From: an uncultured virus (IMG/VR IMGVR_UViG_3300023174_000105)
Taxonomy: Duplodnaviria > Heunggongvirae > Uroviricota > Caudoviricetes
Direction: 5' to 3' (one strand)
DNA length: 64,000 nt
IMG/VR virus record: IMGVR_UViG_3300023174_000105
A model generated the notes under the pieces. It saw only the letters and a program-made list of their open reading frames with translations. It did no database searches and was not told the DNA's origin. Both the position numbers and the translations under genes were made by a program. Below are positions 1-6,144 of this stretch, piece after piece (within the stretch, counting starts at the first letter, position 1; each line of letters opens with the position of its first letter).

Positions 1-220
1 GGGTTTGCTTTTTGCTTGCGTATTCACGCGACCACATTTCACCGTTTTGTTTTGTTTTGTCATAAAAAAGATCCATTGCATCAAAATGATTGCGAACCAA
101 TACCGCGCATTTATTGTAAATGCGACCGTTACGATCACAAATAACAATTGCAAAATCTGCAACAGTATCATTGCAAGTGGTTTCAGTATCGAGAATTGCG
201 AAAAACTGTTTTTTGGCCAT
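1..220 (-). CDS. DEDD-family 3'-5' exonuclease-like protein (N-terminal part; truncated by window edge)
   Basis: Not in the ORF track; I translated it from ATG at 220: MAKKQFFAILDTETTCNDTVADFAIVICDRNGRIY... It is open to the window edge, has an Exo I-like motif (ILDTETT), and has a leftward promoter upstream. Confidence 0.65.
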   Translation of the reverse strand, partial: MAKKQFFAILDTETTCNDTVADFAIVICDRNGRIYNKCAVLVRNHFDAMDLFYDKTKQNGEMWSREYASKKQT

Positions 221-259
221 GATAGATAAAGGTTAGCCACGGCAAGACGCCGAGTTAAG

Positions 260-288
260 ATAATACCACGAAAAACGGCCAAGTGCCA
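260..288 (-). promoter_or_regulatory. Leftward sigma70-type promoter
   Basis: Minus strand TGGCAC-N17-TATTAT with a TG extension, ~40 nt upstream of the ATG at 220. Confidence 0.55.
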
Positions 289-292
289 GGAA

Positions 293-467
293 GTGCAAAA
301 ATACAACATAGGGGTTTTCCCCTATTGACAAAAAAATTTTTTGGTGGTAAAATTTTGGCGCGTCAAGCGTTGTATAAATACAACACAAATTTTTCAAATT
401 TTGCTTGACGCGGCCCAAAATTATATGGTATAATTTTGGCGCCATGTGTTGTAAAAATACAACACAT
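293..467. repeat. Promoter/palindrome repeat unit 1 (double unit)
   Basis: ATAGGGG-N4-CCCCTAT (308-325); TTGACA-N17-TAAAAT (325-353); GTTGTA-N4-TACAAC (369-384); TTGACG-N18-TATAAT (405-434); TGTTG-N8-CAACA (447-464). Colinear with 1689-1868. Confidence 0.9.
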
Positions 468-475
468 TTCGTTAT

Positions 476-688
476 TTATTTTAAATACACCCGGAATTCA
501 ACGCCCATTGCAGAGCGAAAATGCAATTCATCATATTCCTGGCTTAATTTATTGCAATCTTTAATGCTAAAATACGGGCCATTAATAATTTTAAAATCTA
601 GCCCATTAACCCAATCGTTCCAATTGGCCTTGCGGCCATAAGCACCACAACAATCTAAAATGTCATAATTTAAAAAATTCATGATCAA
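476..688 (-). CDS. Hypothetical phage protein (70 aa)
   Basis: ORF is tightly coupled to the upstream gene, on the same strand as its neighbours, and ends right at the repeat unit. Confidence 0.65.
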   Translation of the reverse strand: MIMNFLNYDILDCCGAYGRKANWNDWVNGLDFKIINGPYFSIKDCNKLSQEYDELHFRSAMGVEFRVYLK

Positions 689-690
689 TC

Positions 691-1050
691 CTAAAGTGTA
701 AGTGAACCGTAGGGAATACCCAATTCGAATTCTAGGAAACCAATATCACCATTAGTACCCATTTCTTGGTCGATATGATTAACGGCTTCGTTCCAATCAA
801 AACCATGCATTTCCTGCAATTGCTGAATTCGAGCCTTTACATTCTCGAATTCGGCCAATTCCTCGGCCATGCGTTGTGCATTAGCACGATCGGCAATAAT
901 ATACAATTGGTCAATTTCAGATTCAAATCGTTCCACAGTCCAAAGGCTATTATCAATACCACGCGGCCGCACGCCATATGCATCCTTGTATGCATCCCAA
1001 TAAGTGCAAGCCAATTGTTCCAATGGGGTTAATTCATTCCATGCTTTCAT
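691..1050 (-). CDS. Hypothetical phage protein (MKAWNELTPLEQLACTYWDAYKDAYGVRPR...)
   Basis: Start moved to ATG 1050, which overlaps the stop of the upstream mini-gene (TAATG). The DAYKDAYGVRPR motif is one I recognise from small early phage proteins. Confidence 0.7.
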   Translation of the reverse strand: MKAWNELTPLEQLACTYWDAYKDAYGVRPRGIDNSLWTVERFESEIDQLYIIADRANAQRMAEELAEFENVKARIQQLQEMHGFDWNEAVNHIDQEMGTNGDIGFLEFELGIPYGSLTL

Positions 1051-1145
1051 TATACCGCTCCGGTAAAGACAAGATAAGCAACCGCACAAACGCTGGCAAT
1101 CAGCGCATAAAAAACAATTTTGTCTGGATCGTTTCCGTTAGTCAT
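1050..1145 (-). CDS. 31-aa single-TM mini-protein MTNGNDPDKIVFYALIASVCAVAYLVFTGAV
   Basis: Below the ORF-track cut-off. AAGGA SD upstream; exactly fills the gap between its neighbours; TAATG coupling to the next gene. Confidence 0.6.
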   Translation of the reverse strand: MTNGNDPDKIVFYALIASVCAVAYLVFTGAV

Positions 1146-1146
1146 T

Positions 1147-1626
1147 TTAATGTCCTTGTTTGCTAGGAATATATTCACCGCGAATATTAAAATAATCGCA
1201 TACCGCTTTTAAATACTGCACGTTATCCTCATAGAAAACAACATCAGTCATCATTGCCAAGTTAATATTAGCAGTTTTGAAACATTCAATCAAACCGTTA
1301 ATCTTTAGCGTGGAACCTGATTGCTGATCATCACGAGTGCGCGATATAACATAATCTGGCATACCCAATTTAGTATTCAAAAATTCCCAATCGGGTTCAT
1401 TCATTACACGCGCAGTCGCAATAATTGTATAACATTCTGGATCGTCAAGATCATCCCAGAATTTATTAGCCAATGGCAATAGCCCATCCAACATTGCCAA
1501 ATGCTGATTGTCTCGCCAATAGCCAATATCAATGCGCTCGCCAGCATCGGTTAAAATAGTCCGGTAACGGTGGCTGGAATCCACGATAGTCCCGTCCATG
1601 TCATAAATTGCGATCCGTTTAATCAT
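1147..1626 (-). CDS. HAD-superfamily phosphatase (polynucleotide-kinase 3'-phosphatase-like)
   Basis: Motif I IYDMDGT, motif II TAR, conserved K, motif IV YEDN. Start is ATG 1626, or a leaderless ATG at 1650. The ORF-track extension to 1785 runs through promoter/repeat DNA. Confidence 0.8.
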   Translation of the reverse strand: MIKRIAIYDMDGTIVDSSHRYRTILTDAGERIDIGYWRDNQHLAMLDGLLPLANKFWDDLDDPECYTIIATARVMNEPDWEFLNTKLGMPDYVISRTRDDQQSGSTLKINGLIECFKTANINLAMMTDVVFYEDNVQYLKAVCDYFNIRGEYIPSKQGH

Positions 1627-1657
1627 CTTGTTTGCTTGCGTTGTGTCCATGTAGAGA

Positions 1658-1686
1658 ATTATACACGAAAAATCGGGTTGTGCCAG
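1658..1686 (-). promoter_or_regulatory. Leftward sigma70-type promoter
   Basis: Minus strand (C)TGGCAC-N16-TATAAT followed by TCTCTACATGGA. The CTACAT(G/C)GA start motif is shared with the promoters at 2445 and 3715. Confidence 0.65.
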
Positions 1687-1688
1687 GT

Positions 1689-1868
1689 TTTGCGAAAATA
1701 CAACATAGGGACAAACCCCTATTGACACGTGGGCCAGGCTGGTGTATAATTTTGGCGCGGTCAGCGTTGTAAAAATACAACACAAAAATTTTAAATTTTT
1801 GTTGACACGCGCCCAATTTTACTGGTAAAATTGGCGCCACGGGTGTTGTAAATTTACAACACCCTGGC
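1689..1868. repeat. Promoter/palindrome repeat unit 2 (double unit)
   Basis: ATAGGG-N6-CCCTAT (1705-1722); TTGACA-N17-TATAAT (1722-1750); CGTTG-N8-CAACA (1765-1782); ACAAAAATTT-T-AAATTTTTGT (1782-1802); TTGACA-N18-TAAAAT (1802-1831); GGGTGTTG-N8-CAACACCC (1841-1864). Confidence 0.9.
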
Positions 1869-1875
1869 TTGTTAT

Positions 1876-2061
1876 TTATTCAATAACGAATTCCAATTTA
1901 CGTTTAACAGTAATTGGCTCAATTTCAAACCATTCTAAATCATCAAAGTCATCGTCGGTCAATTCAAAACCGAATTGCAAGTCTTGCCAGACTTCCTCAA
2001 TTGAATTACCCATTGACATAATGGTTTCGTCATTAATGCTTTTAGCCATAAACATAGTCAT
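1876..2061 (-). CDS. Small acidic hypothetical protein (61 aa)
   Basis: AGGAGA SD; ATGA overlap with the upstream gene; acidic composition. Confidence 0.75.
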   Translation of the reverse strand: MTMFMAKSINDETIMSMGNSIEEVWQDLQFGFELTDDDFDDLEWFEIEPITVKRKLEFVIE

Positions 2062-2255
2062 TCTCCTTTGTTAAAAAATTGTGCAACGTCAACCAAGTGT
2101 TTAGCAGTACGCTCAATACGTTTTACTAGTGCCGGATAATCCAATTCCATCATCTCGTGCATTTTAACAGATTCTACAAAATAAATCAATTCGTCACGTT
2201 TTAATTGCGACGTTTCAAACCTTGCGGCCTGTTCAATCAAATTAAATTTATTCAC
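2058..2255 (-). CDS. Hypothetical protein (~65 aa)
   Basis: ORF 2058..2273; the likely start is GTG 2255, overlapping the end of the upstream gene. Confidence 0.6.
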   Translation of the reverse strand: MNKFNLIEQAARFETSQLKRDELIYFVESVKMHEMMELDYPALVKRIERTAKHLVDVAQFFNKGE

Positions 2256-2418
2256 CTTCAAACCCCCAACCATTAAACAGTTTAGCCAATTTGCTTTGTT
2301 TTTTATTTGGAATAACCTTTGGCTTAAATGGGCTATTCACAAATAGGGGCTTATGCGCCCGATTATCAGGTTTGCTGGCTTTTTTCATTGCCAGTGCCAA
2401 GTGTAGTTTAGTCGCCAT
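2248..2418 (-). CDS. Small basic hypothetical protein (MATKLHLALAMKK...)
   Basis: GGAG SD before ATG 2418; directly downstream of the promoter at 2445-2472. Confidence 0.65.
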   Translation of the reverse strand: MATKLHLALAMKKASKPDNRAHKPLFVNSPFKPKVIPNKKQSKLAKLFNGWGFEGE

Positions 2419-2444
2419 CGCTTTGTCTCCGATCCATGTAGACA

Positions 2445-2472
2445 ATTATACGCCGATTTTCAAAGAGTGCAA
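2445..2472 (-). promoter_or_regulatory. Leftward sigma70-type promoter
   Basis: Minus strand TTGCAC-N16-TATAAT-TGTCTACATGGA. Confidence 0.7.
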
Positions 2473-2482
2473 GCCCCCAGGG

Positions 2483-2601
2483 TGCGACACATTGACGCAG
2501 GGTTTCCCCTAGTGTGGTATTTTTGCACACCCCCTTGACACGCGCCCAAATTATATGCTATAATTTGGCGCCAGCGGTGTTGTTTTTTTGCAACACCTGG
2601 C
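2483..2601. repeat. Promoter/palindrome repeat unit 3
   Basis: TGCGACA-CAT-TGACGCA (2483-2499); AGGG-N4-CCCT (2499-2510); TTGACA-N18-TATAAT (2535-2564); GGTGTTG-N8-CAACACC (2576-2597). Confidence 0.9.
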
Positions 2602-2605
2602 CATA

Positions 2606-2812
2606 TTAAATTACATAACGAACAATGCCAATTATATTGGCAATTAAAAATGCCCCATTCAATACGCCTAATGCTTTATCTTTGCGCATAATGGCAATGA
2701 TTAACCATGATAGCGTTCCGGTAATAAAACAGATATAACCCCAATTCATTACACCAAATGCAACAAGGAATGATCCTGCTATGCTGGTAAGTGTGCCAAT
2801 CCATGCTAACAT
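2606..2812 (-). CDS. Small three-TM membrane protein (68 aa)
   Basis: Three hydrophobic segments; TAATG coupling to the SprT-like gene. Confidence 0.75.
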   Translation of the reverse strand: MLAWIGTLTSIAGSFLVAFGVMNWGYICFITGTLSWLIIAIMRKDKALGVLNGAFLIANIIGIVRYVI

Positions 2813-3174
2813 TAAACCACCATGTCGTGATAAGTTTCGGGATTAACTCCCAATTGCCGCATAATAGTTTGCCATGACTTACCATGCCAACGATTACCAA
2901 CAGGAGTACCATTAAGATTGTAATCAATTTGATGCGCAATCTCATGCGGTACGGTTTCCGCCATGATCTGATCATAGTGCGCTATTAAAAACTTAGTGCC
3001 AATTTCAATATGATTGGTTTGCATAAAACAGCGTCCTGCTGTTTTACTAAGTCTGCCATTTAATTCAATAGTGGGTTTAGCAAAGCGAATTAATTGGATA
3101 TTAATATCGCAATAAATACCCCAGACCTCATTGAGCCGGGCTTGCAGTGCTTGGGTTAGTTGTGCTTTATTCAT
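2812..3174 (-). CDS. SprT-like zinc metalloprotease
   Basis: RLSKTAG, HEIAH (HExxH) and HGKSWQTIM motifs, typical of the SprT family. Confidence 0.85.
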   Translation of the reverse strand: MNKAQLTQALQARLNEVWGIYCDINIQLIRFAKPTIELNGRLSKTAGRCFMQTNHIEIGTKFLIAHYDQIMAETVPHEIAHQIDYNLNGTPVGNRWHGKSWQTIMRQLGVNPETYHDMVV

Positions 3175-3208
3175 GGGGTTAGTATAGCATAGGATTCAGC
3201 GGCCAGGC

Positions 3209-3316
3209 CTAGGGGTTTTCCCTAGTGTTGTATTTTTGCAAATGCCCTTGACGCGGCCCAAAATTATATGCTATAATTTTGGCGCCCGCGCTGTTGTTTT
3301 TTCGCAACACCGCGGG
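3209..3316. repeat. Promoter/palindrome repeat unit 4
   Basis: CTAGGG-N5-CCCTAG (3209-3225); partial TGTTG site (3226); TTGACG-N18-TATAAT (3248-3277); CCCGCG-C-TGTTG-N8-CAACA-C-CGCGGG (3285-3316). Confidence 0.9.
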
Positions 3317-3328
3317 TCGTTATAAGAT

Positions 3329-3354
3329 AAATAAAGGGCTTTCGCCCTTTATTT
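3329..3354 (-). terminator. Intrinsic terminator after the A2-like gene
   Basis: AAATAAAGGGC-GAAA-GCCCTTTATTT on the minus strand, at the stop codon. Confidence 0.75.
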
Positions 3355-3679
3355 AAATCGGCTTGGAATTAGCCAATGCGTCAAAGATTGCCTTAAGAGC
3401 GCTCTTATTCGCTTTGGTAAGTGATTCAATGTCATTCTCAGGCAAGCGCAAGATTGCGCCAATTGCATCAGCATGAGCATCCTTTTTGACCACGGGTTCG
3501 CCCGTTTTAGTCTTGTATGCTTTCTTCTGATATACGCCTTCGCGTGACAGTTTGGCAACAATGCTACGAACGGATTTACCCATTGCCAATGCCAATGCTT
3601 CAACGCTAACACCCGATTGATAATCGGCGATTACCTGAGCGGTTTGCTCAGGGCTATAGTTTACGGCTTTTTCTGCCAT
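3353..3679 (-). CDS. T5 A2-like DNA-binding protein (second-step DNA transfer)
   Basis: HTH-like LALAMGKSVRSIVAKLSREGVYQK and a C-terminal ESLTKANK resemble T5 A2 as I recall it; GGGAGAG SD; own promoter and terminator. Confidence 0.65.
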   Translation of the reverse strand: MAEKAVNYSPEQTAQVIADYQSGVSVEALALAMGKSVRSIVAKLSREGVYQKKAYKTKTGEPVVKKDAHADAIGAILRLPENDIESLTKANKSALKAIFDALANSKPI

Positions 3680-3714
3680 TTTGCTCTCCCTTTGAGTGCT
3701 GTTTCGATGTAGTA

Positions 3715-3743
3715 ATTATAGGCTAGTCAACCACACAATGCAA
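3715..3743 (-). promoter_or_regulatory. Leftward sigma70 promoter of the A2-like gene
   Basis: Minus strand TTGCAT-N17-TATAAT-TACTACATCGA. Confidence 0.75.
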
Positions 3744-3753
3744 GCGCAAATTC

Positions 3754-3834
3754 TGCGACATTTTGTCGCAGGGTTTATCCCTATGTTGTTTTTTGCCCAG
3801 GGGGTTGACGCGGGCCGATTTTTTATGCTATAAC
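3754..3834. repeat. Promoter/palindrome repeat unit 5 (degenerate)
   Basis: TGCGACA-TTT-TGTCGCA (3754-3770); AGGG-N5-CCCT (3770-3782); TGTTG half-site (3784); TTGACG-N18-TATAAC (3805-3834). Confidence 0.8.
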
Positions 3835-3962
3835 AAGTTGATTATATAGTTATAGAATTTATAATAACTAGGGGGGTTATTAGACGTTATGAATAGTATA
3901 ACTATATGGGCCCTCCCACACGGCCAACTTTAAGAAAATTTCCACAAAACTTTCGGTGCCAA

Positions 3963-4112
3963 CTACCAGTGATGCACAACTCCACACACAATCACCACAT
4001 TTGTCACTAAATAGCACAAAACTATCAAGGTCCTAATTCCGCAAACCACATCAGCCTCCTTGTCAGTCAAACCATACTTATCACCTAAAGCCTTAGCCCA
4101 CAGCCGCCACAT
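3963..4112 (-). CDS. 49-aa small phage membrane protein MWRLWAKALGDKYGLTDKEADVVCGIRTLIVLCYLVTNVVIVCGVVHHW
   Basis: Not in the ORF track. GGGAG SD and own promoter; I recognise the MWRLWAKALG...EAD...IRT...TN pattern from aquatic phage hypothetical proteins. Confidence 0.8.
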   Translation of the reverse strand: MWRLWAKALGDKYGLTDKEADVVCGIRTLIVLCYLVTNVVIVCGVVHHW

Positions 4113-4132
4113 ACGATTCTCCCAAAAATAAT

Positions 4133-4161
4133 ATTATACACTAAAAGACAGCAAAATTCAA
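4133..4161 (-). promoter_or_regulatory. Leftward sigma70 promoter
   Basis: Minus strand TTGAAT-N17-TATAAT with an A/T tract upstream. Confidence 0.75.
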
Positions 4162-4196
4162 GAAAATTTTTTCAGACACCACAGAATTTTTCATAG

Positions 4197-4225
4197 TTGA
4201 CAACACTGCCCTAAAGTGTTATACT
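4197..4225 (+). promoter_or_regulatory. Rightward sigma70 promoter of the plcP-agt-terminase operon
   Basis: TTGACA-N17-TATACT with a TG extension and upstream A/T tract; divergent from 4133-4161. Confidence 0.85.
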
Positions 4226-4248
4226 CTAGTGAACTGGAGGTTAACGCC

Positions 4249-4401
4249 ATGGAAATTATCGAACTCATGCTAAAAGCTTGGCCAGTATTCGTGGCCTTTA
4301 TTATGATTGTAGTCCTATTCGCCAAGGCAGATATGCGCCTAGGTGTGCTGGAAGAAAAGGTAAAAACCTTATTTGACCTGTATAATAAGCAGGGCAAATA
4401 A
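4249..4401 (+). CDS. Small single-TM protein (50 aa)
   Basis: GGAGG SD at 4236-4240 places the start at ATG 4249; one TM helix and a short basic tail. Confidence 0.75.
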   Translation: MEIIELMLKAWPVFVAFIMIVVLFAKADMRLGVLEEKVKTLFDLYNKQGK

Positions 4402-4403
4402 CT

Positions 4404-5174
4404 GTGGCTCACTATCGCGCTATTTTTATCAGTGACGTGCACTTAGGTACCAAGGCTTCAAAAGCAGAGTATTTGAGTAATTTTTTAAAAAGCAATACTT
4501 GTGATGAACTTTACCTGGTCGGCGATATTATTGATGGTTGGAAGGTCAAGCAAAATAAATTACGCTGGGCAAACTCACATACCAATGTGGTGCGCCATGT
4601 TTTAGCCAAAGCCAATCGTGAAAAGACCCGAGTCATATACGTAGCCGGCAATCACGACGAGTTCCTTAGACCACTAATCACCTATGGCCTACAATTTGGT
4701 CGCATAGAGGTGGTAAATCAGTGTGAGTACCTAGACCTACAAGGTCGTCGCTGGTTAGTTACACACGGCGATATGTTTGATGGCATTACCAGACTAGCCC
4801 CCTGGTTAGCTTGGCTAGGCGACAGTGCTTACGACTTCGTTTTAGGCTTAAATACTAACTTTAACCAATTACGACATCGTCTAGGATTTGGCTACTGGAG
4901 TCTATCACAGTGGTTAAAGCACAAAGTAAAACGTGCTACCAATTTTATATTCAAATTTGAAGAAACTATTACTAAATATGCCAGCAAGCGTAACTTTCAA
5001 GGCGTAATTTGCGGGCATATTCACCAAGCTGAAATTAAACTGGTAGATAACATAGGCTATATGAATTCCGGCGATTGGGTTGAGTCGTGTACTGCACTAG
5101 TGGAAAATATGGACGGTCAGTGGGAAATTATCAGGTATAAACAAAATGAAAACAATCTTAGTAGTAACGGATAA
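4404..5174 (+). CDS. plcP: PlcP-like phospholipase C (LpxH2-type metallophosphoesterase)
   Basis: Motifs SDVHLG, LVGDIIDGW, GNHDEFLR, THGDMFD, GVICGHIH, YMNSGDWVESCTAL. GNHD rather than the GNRD of true LpxH; adjacent GT4 gene. Confidence 0.75.
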   Translation: MAHYRAIFISDVHLGTKASKAEYLSNFLKSNTCDELYLVGDIIDGWKVKQNKLRWANSHTNVVRHVLAKANREKTRVIYVAGNHDEFLRPLITYGLQFGRIEVVNQCEYLDLQGRRWLVTHGDMFDGITRLAPWLAWLGDSAYDFVLGLNTNFNQLRHRLGFGYWSLSQWLKHKVKRATNFIFKFEETITKYASKRNFQGVICGHIHQAEIKLVDNIGYMNSGDWVESCTALVENMDGQWEIIRYKQNENNLSSNG

Positions 5175-6144
5175 TGAGCCCCAGCAAATTAACGGCGTGG
5201 TTACAACGTTCAACAACTTGGAACAACAGGCAAATAGCCACGGCTATGATATTGTATACTGTGATCCCCGGCAGTTCCCTAATTGTGGTGCTCCTGGCTA
5301 TGGCGATATTAGGTTATCATGGCCTCGTGGCATTGGCAAGATCCTGGAGAGGGTAAACCCGGACTATGTGCATATTGCAACTGAAGGCCCACTAGGGTTG
5401 GCAGCGCGTTGCTGGATGGACCGGCACGGTTGGCGGTATAATACCAGCTACCACACTAAACTACCAGAAGCAATTAAGCGTTACTATGCAATACCTGAGT
5501 CTTGGACTTACCGGTATTTACGCTGGTTTCACAAGCATAGTGGCAAAGTGTTAGCTACAACGGTCAGCATGGTTGATGAACTTAAGCAACACGGATTTTG
5601 TGGCCAAATTGTGCCCTGGACCCGTGGTGTAGATCGCAGTCAGTTTTATCCACTGGAAGTGGGTCGCAAAACACCTTATCCTACACTCTTATGGGTTGGC
5701 CGTGTTGCCCCAGAAAAGTCATGTGAAGATTTTTGTAAATTAGATTACTTGGGTGCTAAGAAGATTGTGGTTGGTGATGGGCCGCAACGTAATTATTTGC
5801 AGCAAAAGTACCCAGAAGTCGAATTTGTGGGTATGAAGGTGGGTAAGGAACTGGCCCAATATTACCAACAAGCGGATTGCTTGGTCTTTACCAGCCGCTG
5901 GGATACTTTTGGTATTGTAATGCTAGAGGCTATGGCGTGTGGTACACCTGTGGCAGCCTATCCAGTTTGTGGTCCACAAGATGTAATAGAGCTGGACAGA
6001 ACCGGCTATACTAGTCCAGATCTTAAACTGGCTGTGGTACGTGCACTAGCAATTCCCAGACACGTAGTGGTAGTGGCTAGCTATCGCTGGTCATGGGAAA
6101 AATGCTGGCAGATATTTGAGTATAACCTTGTAAGGAGATTATAA
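5146..6144 (+). CDS. GT4 glycosyltransferase, Agt-like (glycosyl-diacylglycerol synthase)
   Basis: VTD..PQINGVVTT, HIATEGPLG, WTRGVD, VGRVAPEK, VGDGP, DTFGIVMLEAMACGTPVAAYPV; overlaps plcP. Confidence 0.85.
   Translation: MKTILVVTDNEPQQINGVVTTFNNLEQQANSHGYDIVYCDPRQFPNCGAPGYGDIRLSWPRGIGKILERVNPDYVHIATEGPLGLAARCWMDRHGWRYNTSYHTKLPEAIKRYYAIPESWTYRYLRWFHKHSGKVLATTVSMVDELKQHGFCGQIVPWTRGVDRSQFYPLEVGRKTPYPTLLWVGRVAPEKSCEDFCKLDYLGAKKIVVGDGPQRNYLQQKYPEVEFVGMKVGKELAQYYQQADCLVFTSRWDTFGIVMLEAMACGTPVAAYPVCGPQDVIELDRTGYTSPDLKLAVVRALAIPRHVVVVASYRWSWEKCWQIFEYNLVRRL

Noticed and set aside
5..2512. + strand ORFs (5..229, 405..641, 766..1032, 978..1166, 2291..2512) as targets of the rightward promoters; - strand ORFs 233..445 and 1619..1840
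   Set aside because: The + ORFs are antisense shadows of better genes, with no SD or recognisable motif; the two - ORFs simply translate the repeat units.
354..3286. Repeated GGCGC as T5-type programmed nick sites (purine-GCGC)
   Set aside because: The motif is too short, occurs elsewhere, and its fixed position after the -10 box is explained more simply as a start/discriminator region; needs virion nick mapping.
368..3309. LexA SOS boxes
   Set aside because: The dyad is TGTTG-N8-CAACA, not CTGT-N8-ACAG.
293..3834. CRISPR array or mini-array (GTTG...CAAC resembles the ends of some type II/VI repeats)
   Set aside because: Copies are separated by whole genes, not 30-40 nt spacers; the dyad is only 18 bp and degenerate; no cas genes in the window.
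3995..4075. Pho box upstream of plcP (TTGTCAC at 4001, TTGTCAG at 4060)
   Set aside because: No second half-site at 11-bp spacing, and both lie inside the 3963..4112 gene; the operon has a consensus -35 that would not need PhoB.
4404..5174. Lipid A biosynthesis enzyme LpxH
   Set aside because: GNHD instead of GNRD, and pairing with a GT4 gene, fit PlcP/LpxH2 better; not formally excluded without a tree.
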